Shown here in pieces: positions 1 through 12,169 of a stretch of DNA of 64,000 bases. The notes below the pieces were generated by a model that was not told the DNA's origin, searched no databases, and was given only the letters and a program-made list of their open reading frames with translations. Both the position numbers and the translations under genes were made by a program. Source of the DNA: Squalus acanthias. Lineage: Eukaryota. The stretch lies in the NCBI GenBank assembly GCA_030390025.1, contig CM059432.1:135782001-135846000 (forward strand), given 5' to 3'. Numbering within the stretch: position 1 is the stretch's first letter; each line of letters opens with the position of its first letter.

Positions 1-491
1 GTTATGAATAACGTACGTCCTAAGCTGACTACCTGCTCCCTAACTAAAGGCCCAAAATGCCACTAAACAAACTGGAATTAAGCTGAAGAGCTTATGAAAA
101 CCAATTTAGCTAGAAGCCATATCTTGTGGTGCTAGTGATGGTGGTGGTATGTGTTGTGTGTGTGTGCTGTGTGTAAGTGTTATGTGTGTATGTGTTGTGT
201 TGTGTGTGCATGCATGCGTGTGTGTAAGGGGTTGAGAATACTGATTACTATGTGTTGTACCCAGATATGAGTGAAAACTTGAGGAGGGAAGAGCTGCAGC
301 CATATGATAGGAGCTGACTTAGTCAACTGATAGTTTAAAGGTACAATTCTACACAGTTGTTCAATAATTAAACTTTAGACACAGATAGATAGCAGCTGAA
401 GATCATGTTCCTCTTAAAAACAACTGAGTCCCTCATCCCATCTGATTTTAAGTTATTTAAGCCCTTGTGTTGGAGATCAGTTTCAGTAACA
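1..491. mobile_element. Possible solo LTR (5' edge cut by window start)
   Basis: Begins GTTATG at base 1 and ends ...CAGTAACA at 491, consistent with TG..CA inverted LTR termini. Internal (TG)n-rich tract at ~140-225. No TSD can be checked. Confidence 0.25.
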
Positions 492-616
492 CGAGGTTCG
501 CTTTCCTTTGATCTTCCCACTCTGAGTCCTGTCTCTATGACTGGCAGGAACCCTTGGGTAAAGAGCATGGGTCAGCGGTGTGAGCATACAAACTGTGCGT
601 TACTGAAAACGATCTC

Positions 617-912
617 TGTAATGTATTATCACATGGTTTGTCACATTGTTTAGTATGAGCATGCTCAATTCGCTCTGGCCTAATAAAGCCAGCACATGGA
701 TGAGCAACTCACCGTGTCTCTGTCCTTCATTTGTGCCCTAAAAATGGCTTTGAAATCCCATCCTTGTCGCCAAAATGTAATATATGTGGGTAGGACAAAT
801 GAAGGACAGAGACACGATGAGTTGCTCGTCCATGTGCAGGCTTTATTAGGCCAGAGCGAACTGAGCATGCTCATACTAAACCATGTGACAAACCATGTGA
901 TAATACATTACA
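617..912. mobile_element. Foldback MITE with 118-bp TIRs, TGT..ACA ends and 5-bp TSD (Ginger-like)
   Basis: 617-734 is the reverse complement of 795-912 with about 5 mismatches. ATCTC flanks both sides (612-616, 913-917). Confidence 0.85.
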
Positions 913-1065
913 ATCTCTATGACAATTTTTTTGAGAGATAGGCTACTTCTTGACTGTTGCCTACAAGGTGATGAATATTCAATTGTGAAGCCCAAGGAGA
1001 GAGATGAGGCTTGCTCATAACTGGTTGACCGATCAGTGGGACATTAAGGAAAAATATCTACATGA

Positions 1066-1175
1066 TTCCTACATTACAACAGTGACCACACTTCGAAAGT
1101 ACCTCATTGGCTGTGAAGCGCTTTGGGGTGTCCTGAGGTTGTTAAAGGCGCTATAGAAATGCAAGGCTTTCTTTT
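1066..1175 (+). mobile_element. DeuSINE (SacSINE1-like) 3' fragment
   Basis: TTCCTACATTACAACAGTGAC...AAAGGCGCTATAGAAATGCAAG matches the tails of full copies at 28071 and 50859. Confidence 0.85.
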
Positions 1176-1224
1176 TTTTAACATGTTCATCAGAACTCCA
1201 ATAAAAAGAAACTCATAGCATCCT

Positions 1225-1420
1225 CTGATGGACTCATGGTCGTGGGTAAATGCAATATCTAATGTAGCATTCAGCTATTCATAACTTTGAGACCTTCGAT
1301 TTGATTCCCAGTCTGTACTAAGTTAGCAGTCAAGGTGGCAATAGGGATGTTAACATTGGGATCAGCACCCTTGGCCTGTGAAAGCTGAGGTAAAAATTAC
1401 CTGATGGAAGCAGCTGGGTG
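1225..1420 (+). mobile_element. Old diverged SINE-like repeat (unnamed family)
   Basis: Shares the GATTCCCAGTCTGTACTAAGTTAGC...ACATTGG..TCAG motif with 6454-6565, 22300-22510 and reverse copies near 9300-9480 and 25260-25475. Confidence 0.4.
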
Positions 1421-1610
1421 AGTGGACACTGTCTCCCTGAGGCATAGGATGTGGCAGCCAATGAGGATGTTTTCAGGCATCAGTAGGAATGCTAAGACTA
1501 CACATGTTTGGAAAACTAGTCGTATTGAGCCACAGCAGGCCATAGCAGGCACATCAGAAGCATGTTACTCTTCACCATGTGTACCATCAGCAAGTTAGCA
1601 AGGAGACAAT

Positions 1611-3002
1611 GGCCTGAATTTTAATCCTTTGGCGGGTTGGGAGTGGGGTGGTGGGAGGCTCAGAAGACTTGGGAAACCCTGGAGAACGGATTTCTCGCAG
1701 GCCCTGCCGAATTTAACGGCAGGGTCTGATTTGCATTTGAAACCTCTGTTTCCCACCCGAAGCCAGGGCGGGTAGGCCTGCAGCACTAGGCTGCAGAGAG
1801 GAGGGCGGGAGTGACGGAGTGGGGGGCTGGAGGATGATCGGGGGGCTGAGGGCTGATCGAGGGGCTGGAGGATGATCGGGGGGCTGGGGGCGGATCGAGT
1901 GGGTGCGGAGGATGATCGGGGGGCTGATCGAGTGGGGGCAGGAGGATGATCGGGGGGGTGGGGGCGGATCGAGTGGGTGCGGAGGATGATCGGGGGGCTG
2001 ATCGAGTGGGGGCAGGAGGATGATCGGGGGGGTTGGAGGATGATCAGGGGGCTGGGGGCTGATCAGGGGGCTGGAGGATGATCGGGGGGGCTGGGGGCTG
2101 ATCAGGGGGCTGGAGGATGATCGGGGGGCTGGGGGCGGATCAGGGGGCTGGAGGATGATCGGGGGGCTGGGGGCGGATCGAGTGGGTGCGGAGGATGATC
2201 GGGGGGCTGATCGAGTGGGGGCAGGAGGATGATCGGGGGGGTGGCTGGAGGATGATCAGGGGGCTGGGGGCTGTTCAGGGGCTGGGGGCTGATCAGGGGG
2301 GCTGGGGGCTGATTGGGGTGGGGGGAGGCAGAGAACATCAGGGGGCTGGAGGAGCGTGGGGGGAGAGGCAGAAAACATTGGGGGGTGGCCTGAAAATCAT
2401 CAGTAGTGGGGGGGGGGGAGGCTGGGAAGGCGATCGGAGACCTGGGGGAGTCGAATCGGAGTCTGGGGGGAGGGGATCAGAGGCCTTGTTGCGGGGTGGG
2501 GGGGTCTCCAATCGCGGGGGTGGGTTAGGCAGGGACGCTGGATCGGGTGGGAAGTTAAAGTGCTAAAAATCTGAATCCCGACCAGAAGCCGCCTCTAACC
2601 ACTTCTGGTTTTAATGGAGGTGGGATGGGGGGCGGGTAGCCAGCTTGCCCCCAGGAGGCGGGTCACCCATTTAAATATTATAATTTAAAGGCACTTACCT
2701 CCTGGATCCAGCAGTCCTCGCCTTCCATTAGCTGTCGGGTTTCCCGAGGCCTACAAAACCTGAACAGCCACTGTTAAATTTAAAATGGTGGTTAAATCTG
2801 AGGCACGCCAGGCTAATTATAATATTTAAATGGGTGACCCGCCTCCTGGGAGCGGGCTGGTTGCCCGCTCCCCCATCCCGCCTCCGTTAAAACCGAAAGT
2901 GGATGGGGTTGGAGGCAGGTTCTGGTCGGGATGCAGATTTTTACCACTTTAATTTCCCAACCGACCCCAATGCACTCGTTTTTTGGGGTTAGAATACCCC
3001 CC
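1611..3002. mobile_element. Harbinger-type non-autonomous element (composite)
   Basis: Degenerate TIRs GGCCTGAATTTTAATCC / GGGTTAGAATACCCCCC, with AAT on both flanks (3-bp TSD). Confidence 0.6.
1822..2330 (+). repeat. G-rich minisatellite (GGAGGATGATCGGGGGGCTG-type units)
   Basis: More than 20 imperfect units containing GATCGGGGGG/GATCAGGGGG. This repeat produces the G- and P-rich spurious ORFs. Confidence 0.95.
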
Positions 3003-4359
3003 AATTTTTAAGCTCTGTTACTTATGCTTCCATATCCACATTTTGTCGGTGGTGCTGAAATAGCTTTCATTGTCACATATAAATCTTTTAAGGTGTGCCC
3101 CTAAACCAATATTGTTACCAGAAACTACATGCATGGTGCATTTTAATGGACTCAGACAAGGAAAGAGATAGGCTGGGCAAAGGGGTGGCTGTCTCTGCTC
3201 TTCCAGTGTCCAACTGGAAGAATCATTAGCAGATATTGCCAAACATCTCAAAGTATATTTGAGATCTTTCCATCAGGACTGGTTCTTACAACTCTACAGA
3301 AGTTGGGGTGGAACTTCTGATCCTGCCATGACCCTGACCTGGTCTCTTGGGTTGGGAGTTATTTTCTATGCAGGGCGGGCACCTGGTAGGATCCCTGCCC
3401 CCAAGAGGGAGCCCACCACTGCTGAAAAGCAAGATATGGCAGTGCTGCAGTGGGACAACCACTGCAGATCCAGCAGAGGAGGGAGCCCATTTAAATGCGG
3501 AGGATGAACCTCCCAATGATGCAAAGTTTAATTTTTTTTTAGGCATAGGACTGAGCCGAGGCCGAAAACAGATATGGTTTTGGGGCCTGAGGGGAGAGAG
3601 AGAGGTTCCCATTACTGGGCATTCTCCTGTCGAAAAAAGTCATCCACTACACCAAATAAATCTGAAGTTTGCAAGAAAAAGTCATAAAGTACAACACACC
3701 TTAAAGAAGCCAACTGTTAAATCCCATACCATTAAAACAATCATTTCTCCCAGTGCTAGGAGAAAGGTGACTTCTCCAAAATTATAAACATTTGCATTGG
3801 AACAGTTTACCATGGACTTGCATTAGCCAGACAGCAGCAAGGCTGCTTTTAAAAAAAATATAATTGTGCAATGTAACGGGTAGACTTTTGTACCCTTGAC
3901 CTGTGATGCCCCTTGCTGGGATCCTCATCTTGTAGGATCTACTCTCATATTCCAGCAAGAGAATTCCTTCAGAAGTGCAGGAAAATTGGTGGGGAAAAGC
4001 AGAGCAAAAGTAAGTTACATATACTGGAATCAGCTGGCAGCTGAAAATCAAGATCGGCTGTGATGATCTCATGATTGAATAGGCAGCCAACACTCACTAT
4101 CAAGGCTCAAACTTGAAGAATGTCCACTTTGGTGAGGTGCTGGAGAGTTGTCAGTACCAGTGGAATTATATCGATGACTCACCACTTCAGTAAAAGAGGG
4201 GATAATTGTAAATAAATTGATAAAATGACCTTCAGTGTGATTCAATTATTGCATACTTTCAATGTTTGCAATCTTCTCCTAGGACGGTCATGCTTTTACA
4301 TAATTTGACTATTTCATATTGAATTATAATTTAGTAGGAATCCTCCACCTTCCCAAACC

Positions 4360-5030
4360 GACTCTGCTGCCCGTATTCTATCCTGCACCAAGTGCTGCTC
4401 GCCCATCACACGTGTAATTGCTGTAATTGGCTCCTGGTCCCCAAACATCTCAAATTGAAAATACTCATTCCTGTGTTTAAATCCTTCCATGGCCTCACCC
4501 CTCCATAACTCTGTAAGCACCTCCAGCCCTGCACCATCCCTAAATGCTCCTTTCTTTTGACTCTGACCCCTTGTATATTCCCCTCCCTTCATTGCTGGCC
4601 ATGTCTTCAACCACCTAAGCTTCACTCTGGAATTCTCTCCCTAAACCTCTCTGCTTCCCCCACCTCCCTTTCCTTCTTTAGATCCTCCTTAAACCTCACC
4701 TCTTAGACCAAACTTTTGGTCACCGCTCAAAATCTTTGACTTTTTTTTTATTTGTTTATGGGATGAGGGCGTCGCTGGCAAGGCCAGCATTTATTGCCCA
4801 TCCCTAATTGCCCTTGAGAAGGTGGTGGTGAGCCGCCTTGAACCGCTGCAGTCCATGTGGTGAAGGTGCTCCCACAGTGCTGTTAGGTAGGGAGTTCCAG
4901 GATTTTGACCCAGTGACGATGAAGGATCGGCGATATACTTCTAAGTCAGGGTCTGTTTTGTCTTTATGCCTCTGGGAAGCAGCTTGCGATGTTTTTCTAC
5001 ATGTCTATAAATACAAGTTGTCATTGTTGT
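4360..5030 (+). mobile_element. L2 LINE 3' end (interrupted at 4742-4951)
   Basis: Encodes an NSAARIL..TK..SPIT-like L2 C-terminus and ends in a ...TATAAATACAAGTTG tail. Confidence 0.8.
4742..4951 (-). mobile_element. Crack/Daphne-like (CR1/L2 group) LINE 3' end
   Basis: Reverse complement of the 3' end of the 47333-48298 element. Confidence 0.8.
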
Positions 5031-5164
5031 AGTTATGAATCCCAACAGTTAAATAAGATGAACCCTATCTCCCAGAATAAAATTACAGGATGTCTCTAAA
5101 GTGTATCTCCACTTGCCTCATGAACCTTCAAAGATTCCCAAAAAATAAAAATTGGCAACTATGA

Positions 5165-5341
5165 AATAAAGACTTGCATTTATTTAGCACCTTTCACGAC
5201 CTCAGGACGGCCCAAAGTGCTTTACAGCAAATGAAGAACTTTTGAAGTGTAGTCACTGTCGTAATGTGGAACATAGGAACAGGAGTAGGCCATTCGGCCC
5301 CTCGAGCCTGTTCTGCCATTCAATTAGATCACGGCCGATCT
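5165..5341 (-). mobile_element. DeuSINE tail followed by CR1 3' tail fragment
   Basis: GACTTGCATTTAT... DeuSINE tail to ~5270, then ACATAGGAACAGGAGTAGGCCATTCGGCCCCTCGAGCC (CR1 tail). Confidence 0.8.
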
Positions 5342-5846
5342 ATATTGGTGTTGTGACATGCAGCAGCAAGAGCAGCTTTTATTAAAGTCAAATACTTCTT
5401 TGATGTAGAATTTCTTGAGAATCAATTTAAGATTATTTTCTGACATCACAGTTGATAATCCTCTTATGTAAACCTCATCCTGCATCAAGCCCAGTGACAG
5501 TCAGCAGCACAAAGCAGACTAAAAACAGATACAAACATATATAAGTGGGTTATGGTATACATTATAAATAATAACAAAAATCATTGAGTGATGTAACCTC
5601 ACGGTTGTCCATCACTTTTATGACACCAATGAACCCTGAGTTAAGATTTCTGCTTTCCATTCTCTTTCAGATATCATTAATTTAAATTACATAAAAAACA
5701 CAAATAAAACTCTTTCAGGAACTTAGTGTGCCGAAAAAATCACGTATTACTTGTGTATCTATGTGGTAAACGGTTTTGCCTTTTTTCTGCTTGCAAAAAT
5801 TTACAATAATTTAGCTCTCCTGATGTGACTAAATGCACCACCCAGT

Positions 5847-6450
5847 GGGGGTAATTTTAACTTTCAGCGATGGTGTAAAATGGGCAATATTGAATTATCC
5901 ACTCATTATGTCAGCCGTGACTCAATGGGTAGCACCCTTGCCTCTGAGTCAGAAGGTTGTGGGTTCATAGTCCCACTCCAAAGACTTGAGCACGAAAATC
6001 TAGCCTGACACTCCAGTGCAGTACTGAGGGAAGCTGCTGAGGCCCTGACTGCTCTCTCAGGTGGATGTAAAAGATCCCATGGCACTATTTTGATGAAGAG
6101 CAGGGGAGTTCTCCTCAAGGTCATAGCCAATATTTATTCCTCAATCAACATCACTAAAGCAGATTATCTGGTCATTATCACATTGCTGTTTGTGGGACCT
6201 TGCTGTGCGCAAATTGGCTGCTGCGTTTCCTACACTCCAAAAGTACTTTGTTAACTGTAAAGTGCTTTGGGACGTCCTGAGGTCGTGAAAGGTGCTGTGG
6301 AATTGCAAGTCTTTCTTTTTTCATTATGCACCCCACCCTATTTTCCCTTCTATTGATTTTAATAGTTGGGAAAATTGGGCATGATGTAAAATGGGGGGCT
6401 AATTTAATATCGCCTGTTTTATACCATCGCCTAAAGTTAAAACTACCCCT
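5847..6450. mobile_element. Harbinger-type MITE with ~50-bp TIRs, carrying a DeuSINE insertion
   Basis: GGGGGTAATTTTAACTTTCAGCGATGG... pairs with ...CCATCGCCTAAAGTTAAAACTACCCCT. TSD AGT at 5844-5846 and 6451-6453. Confidence 0.85.
5909..6320 (+). mobile_element. DeuSINE (SacSINE1-like), near full length
   Basis: tRNA-like head with A/B boxes, Deu domain (AAAAGATCCCATGGCACTATT) and L2-like tail. TCATTATG flanks both ends. Confidence 0.9.
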
Positions 6451-6626
6451 AGTGTGTTACCCAGTCATATAGACCAGCAATGCCTCAGTTTCAATCCCTG
6501 GTGTTTACTGAGTCAGCTGTTATCAGCCAAAGTGCAATAATGAGTGCTACAGTTGACCTCAGTATCTCCGGACGATGGGCCAGATGGTAGTTGGGCAAGA
6601 CAGATTTTGGGACCACCAGAATTAAA

Positions 6627-7313
6627 GGGCTCGATTTTGCCAGGCCCGAGTAGGCGGGAATGGAGGCGTGTGGGGTGTTAAAATTGCAAAAAATGGCGGG
6701 CGGGCCCGACCCCGCCTCCGAGCAATTTTCCCAAATGCGTGGTTTCTGATCCCGTCTCACCTCCAAGAGGCGGGATAGGCCCTTAACAACCACTTAATTG
6801 CCTCTATAATCCCATTTTGAGAGGACTTTCTGATTTTAACACTTTTCCGACGTGATGCACGCCTCCTCTGAAACACGACGGTGAAACCTGGCGGTAGCAC
6901 ACTTGGATTGCTGACTATCAGCTGCAGCTCCACCATTAAAAAGGAGATTTGATTGATCAATCATCATTTTGGGGGAACTTTTAGCAGGCATAACAGTGGT
7001 GGTGGTGGTGAAAAAAAAATCTGGGAACAGACTTAGGTCTCCTGCTGCTCATTTTGCCTCCAGGTCCCTCTCACTGCAACGGCCAAAAGGTTGGCAGTCT
7101 TTGCAGACCTTAAATGCAGCAGCAATGATGACATCATCAGAGGCAACTTTCAGACTGAAAACACTAATTGGGTCATGGGTTCCCACATGCTGGAACTCAA
7201 TTGCCCAATTAGGGGAAAATCGCATAATTCTCCCACATCTAATTGGAGTCGGGTGGCTAACACAAAAAGCGGATGACACGACCCCAGCCCGCCCCAATGA
7301 CAAAATCGAGCCC
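6627..7313 (+). mobile_element. Harbinger-type non-autonomous element
   Basis: TIR GGGCTCGATTTTG / CAAAATCGAGCCC with TSD AAA. An inverted homolog lies at 11081-11808. Confidence 0.85.
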
Positions 7314-7442
7314 AAAGAGTGCTGGCTGACCCCAGTGGAACTTCCACCTCATTTTCATAAGTGCAGCGAGCGAACATCATTTGCCATTGGAGGCTCACAG
7401 CTTCCATTGAAGTCAATGAAAATAAAAATCGGGAGAGATGTT

Positions 7443-8283
7443 GGCCGCGGTCAGGTGGTTTCTGGCTTCCAGTCCCGCCGCCAACTGCATTCGGCCCACA
7501 GACCTGATTTTGCATTGATTGACCTTGTTGAGGCCACCCGGCTTGCCGGCCAGTTAAGAGGAAGCCGGTCAGATGACGTCATTTGATGACGCGTCATCTG
7601 CCGGTTTTCTTAAAGGGACAACGCATAATTTTTTTTTGACAGCTGGTTTCTCAGTGTGTGACAGCATTGAGGTGCTGCAAACACTGACAATCACTGTACA
7701 AAGGTGAGCTCTTGCATCCAGGCTCTCCAGTGACTCCCTCCATAGGCTGGAATAGATGGCAGCTGCAGGTGAGGTGACAGAAGCGATCTGTCACTGGTGA
7801 GAGAGGTTCACCCAATGAGGTGGCACTGGACATGGTTTTCAAAACTTGTTACCTAAAGAAATGTGTAAATGCACTAAAAATGAATTTCCCAACATTTTCT
7901 TACCTCTGAGACTCACCAGTGCACCATTGGATCCTTCACACCACTTCTGCAGCTGTCATCAATCCAGAAACATTACAGCAGACCCACAACACGCCACACA
8001 TACCTGGCGTGGTGTCCGGACGTTGGTAAACCCGAGGCAGAAGCGGCAAAATTAAAAAATAGCCTGTCAACTACTATCAACGACCTGTTAACAGGCAGGT
8101 AATTGCTTTAATCCTCTTCCTGCCGCTAGGTGTCGGGTCCATGTGCAAATTGGAGACCCGACACTTGGGAAAATTGTTTGGAGGCGGGTTGATGGCGGGA
8201 TTGCAACCCGCCGTCAATCAAAATGATTTTACCCTTTGACCTGCCTCCAAACCCGCCCTCTGAGCGCCGGCAAAATCCAGCCC
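7443..8283 (+). mobile_element. Harbinger-type non-autonomous element nested in a MITE
   Basis: Right TIR CCGGCAAAATCCAGCCC, with GTT on both flanks; left TIR is degraded. It interrupts a MITE (7410-7442 + 8284-8337) that matches 62628-62740. Confidence 0.6.
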
Positions 8284-8487
8284 GTTATGTGGTCTGCCGA
8301 TTCACTATCACCCATTTTACAAAGTCAAGATCTACCCTATGTCTCTAACACTACCTCACTTGACTGGAATTCCGGAATAGAGAGGTATTCCCATTAGAGT
8401 GTCCACTCCAAATTTTAAAGGCACAAAAAAATTGCAGTGGCAAATTCTTGACACAACCACTTGCTCTAAATCCTCTTATATGGCAAA

Positions 8488-8865
8488 CTACAACAACAAC
8501 AACTTGCATTTATATAGCGCCTTTAATGTAGTAAAATTTCCCAAGGCGCTTCACAGGAGCGTTATCAAACAAAATTTGACACTGAGCCACATAAGGAGAT
8601 GTTAGGACAGGCAAAGAGTTAGGTTTTAAGGAGCATCTTAAAGGAGGAGAGAGAAGTAGAGAGGCGGAGAGGTTTAGGGAGGGAATTCCAGAGCTCAGGG
8701 CCTAGGCAGCTGAAGACACAGCCACCAATGGTGGGGCGAATAACATCAGGGATGGGCAAGAGGCCAGAATTGGAGTCGTGCAGATATCTCGGAAGGTTGT
8801 ACGACTGGAGGAGATTACAGAGATAGGGAGGGGCGAGGCCATGGAGGGATTTGAAAACAAGTTTG
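8488..8865 (-). mobile_element. L2 LINE 3' end
   Basis: (CAA)n CTTGCATTTATATAGCGCCTTT tail followed by the L2 C-terminal coding remnant. Confidence 0.9.
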
Positions 8866-10301
8866 AGATTTTAAGAGAAAAAGAGTTACACCTACTTGGT
8901 CTGTTTCCAAAGATGCTTACAAGTCCAAACTCAACAACACTGGATACCGGATTGAGTGTATGTCTGGTGTGAAAGTCAGGAGAAGCTGTGGCCCTTCAGT
9001 AAAGCTCATTTGTATGACATTAACATAAAGAAGTGAAGCTGCCCTCTTTTTTTTGGCTGGGGTTTCTTGTGCCCAGGAAGCTTACTTGACTGGAATTGCG
9101 TGTGATGTGTGTTATGGGCGGACATCTGGTGAACACAATCTCTGGCGGTACTTTCAATCCCCACCATTCGGTTAACACCACTGAAACATCAGGAAATCAG
9201 CCATTGGGTGTCCAACCATGGCGGGGGGGCGGGGGGGGGGAGGCATCAGACTATCGTACGGAAGCTTGATAAAGGTCTTCGCCTAAAGTCCACCAATGCA
9301 CACTTCAGCCAGGGTGTCATTGGATAACGATCAGCTGGCAACCACACTAAAACCAATTGTAGCATCCCCAACATTGACCCATTAGTTAACTCAACATAGA
9401 CAAAGAAGGAACTAGGGCTGGTCTGCAAGGCTCAGTATTATAGCACATGCTGCATTTCTTCACTCAGTGATTATGGAAATCCCATGCTGGGCTGTTTAAT
9501 ATCATTTGCTTTCTTGCTCTAAGCAAGGAAAGAAAGAACTTGTATTGATACAGTGCCTTTTATGACCTCAGGACGCCCTAAAATGCTTCACAGCAAGGAG
9601 GTGGATGATGTGTAGAATTTACCATAATGCATGTGATTTCATGACCACCCTGAATTCATGTCGCTTTTTATCCACTGGAGTTTATTGCTATTATCTTTGC
9701 ATATGTGTGAATAAGCTGTTCCATAACAGATGTGTAGAACTGGAATGTGTCATTGAAATATGAATCTGTCTTCATCGTCTGTGTAACATGCTGGGGCTGC
9801 TCTTTTTTATAAATAGAATTTTCATATAAAATGTTTATTGTCAAGTTTGCAGTTTTAAAAGTCTCCCAAAGCATTATTATTGTAGAGATCAGAGCAGACT
9901 TGTACCTCCAGTGCTGCCTTTGATGATAGTGATTAGCTGTTTTTTTGTTTCCCAACAAAAATGTAGGTTTCACAAAACAGGATTTCTTTAAGGCTTTAAG
10001 CCAGAAATTTGTGGAGGAACAAAATCTGTTACACTGATTGGATAGTTGTCCCAATAGAATGCCTACTTTAAAAAAAATAGGCTGAGTTTTTCTGTGCCCT
10101 TTGAGATGTGAGATGCCAGGATTGCAGGGCATTTTTCTACCCTTTGCATTCAGTGCCATCGATGATAACTACAAGGTCAAATATATCACAGTTATCCGTG
10201 TGCTCTTTCTCAACAGTGTACCTGAACCCTGTCATTAAGAGAGTACCCCCTCTACCGATCGAATGTGAGGTTTCCATTTTCTACATCAACCAGCATTATA
10301 G

Positions 10302-10590
10302 TTACAACCCTCTGCGTTCTCTGCACTCCTCCAATTCTGGCCTCTTGCGCCTCCCTGATTATAATCGCTCCACCATTGGCGGCCGTGCCTTCAGCTGCCG
10401 AGGCCTTAAGCTCAGGAATTCCTTCACTTAACCTCTCCGCCTCTCTATCTCTCTTTCCTCCTTTAAGACGCTCCTTAAAACCTATCTCTTTCCTATTCTA
10501 ATATCTCCTTATGTGGCTCAGTGTCAAATTTTGTTTGATAACGCTCCTGTGACCCGCCTTGGGACAGCGCTCTATAAATGCAAGTTGTTG
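10302..10590 (+). mobile_element. L2 LINE 3' end
   Basis: YNPLRSLHSSNSGLL..STIGGRAFS remnant plus tail. Confidence 0.9.
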
Positions 10591-10830
10591 TGGTTCTAGT
10601 TCTCTGAGTGAGACTGGTAGGCTATATTTGTGTTTGTGGTGGGCTCACCTCGAATGCTTAAAGCTGGCAGAGATGGGACTTTTGTCCAATCATTCTGGGC
10701 TGGATTTGGATGCAAGTCACAGAGATGAACTGGATGGTGTCCTAAAGGACTCTTCCAACCAGTTCCCTGGCAGTCAGGACACAAAAAGATCCTCTGCACA
10801 GGAACAATCCACCCCCCTCCAAATCTACAT

Positions 10831-11050
10831 CCCTGAATTTCCATGGGGGGGAAGTGGGTGGGGTGGGGAGGTGAGGGTTCTCCCAATCTCCCGCTGGAAC
10901 CTTGGCAGCAGATCAATGGAATCCCCGGAGAAATTGTGTGAATGGCGGAAAATGGCTATTGATGCCATTTCTCCAGGGGGGGGGGGGGTTTCGCTGATCT
11001 CCCAGGAGAGTTATGGTGGGAGATGGGACAAGTGCCGCAGAAATTCAGGG
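10831..11050. mobile_element. Palindromic MITE
   Basis: CCCTGAATTTC / GAAATTCAGGG termini and internal inverted pairs (CCCCGGAGAAAT / ATTTCTCCAGGGG). Confidence 0.6.
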
Positions 11051-11080
11051 CCCAGCCTCACTTGATGATACAAACACTCT

Positions 11081-11348
11081 GGGCTGGATTTTGATACTGG
11101 GGCGGGTTGGGGTCGTGTCATCTGCATTTCGTGTTATCCACCCGACTGCAATTGGATGTGGGAGATTGATGCAATTTTCACCTAATTGGGCAATTGAGTT
11201 CCAGCATGTGGGAACCCATGACCCAATTAGTGTTTTCAGTCTGAAAGTCGCCTCTGATGATGTCATCATTGCTGCTGCATTGCAGGTCAGAGACTGCCTG
11301 GCCTTTGCTGTGAGAGGACCTGGATGCGAAATGAGCAGCAGCTCTAAG

Positions 11349-11379
<31 letters not shown>

Positions 11380-11808
11380 AGCCAGGCAGTCTCTGAAGAC
11401 CTTCAATGCAGCAGCATCAGAGGCGACTTTCAGACCTAATACTATTACTTCCTTCATCACATCTCCGTTGTAATAGTGGACCTGTAGCTGATAGTCAGCT
11501 ATCCAAATGTGCTCCCGCCAGGTTTCACAATCGTGGTTCAGAACAGGCGTGCTTCACGTAGAACAAGGGTTAAAATCACAAAGGCCTTTCAAAATGGCAT
11601 TATAGAGCCAATTTAGTGCTTGTTAAGGGCCTTAACAGCCTATCCCGCCTCTTAAAGGCGGGACGGAGTCGGGACCAGCAGACACGATTTAATGAAAATT
11701 GTGTGAAGGCGGGATGGAGGTGGACTTGTGCCCGCCCGCCAGTTTTCGCAATTTTAACCCCCCACACGCCTCCATACCCACCTCCACGGGTCAATGAAAA
11801 TCTAGCCC
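11081..11808 (-). mobile_element. Harbinger-type non-autonomous element (inverted relative of 6627-7313)
   Basis: TIR GGGCTGGATTTT / AAAATCTAGCCC. Shares the identical spurious peptide MMTSSEATFRLKTLIGSWVPTCWNSIAQLGEN with the first copy, on the opposite strand. Confidence 0.85.
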
Positions 11809-12169
11809 ACTCAGAAACAGCAGGCTTCCCGTCTGGTAGGGTGGTAATTCTGACCACTATGAAATGAACAGTTTTCATTTATCGGTTTTTGTTTCTGACA
11901 TCATACGAAAAGATGCTTAGAGCTGAAGAGGAACATTTTGGTTAAAGATCCAGCGTCGGCTGATAGGCCTGCTTGTAAATATGTGGTTTATTGTACATTT
12001 ATTTGGTGTTATGTCATTGATTTAGAATATAAGGTGAGAATAAGAAAGGGTCCTTTGGCCTATTTGGCTCACCCTGTCAATAATCCAAACTAAAGGAGTA
12101 CGTGATGAAGTCTATTTTCAAACCAGGTGTCAATTTTGAGTCTGTGATAGTGTCAAGCTTCTTAGTACC

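Noticed and set aside
1822..2330. CRISPR-like array
   Set aside because: Tandem low-complexity units with no unique spacers and no cas genes.
6969..7586. 205-aa ORF as a novel protein (and similar ORFs at 11013, 27021, 39468, 43736, 12102)
   Set aside because: These run across repeat junctions or lie in MITE interiors; shared peptides simply reflect repeat copies.
9668..10159. 163-aa minus-strand ORF in unique sequence
   Set aside because: No recognisable domain, AT-rich non-coding-like composition and no convincing splice context.
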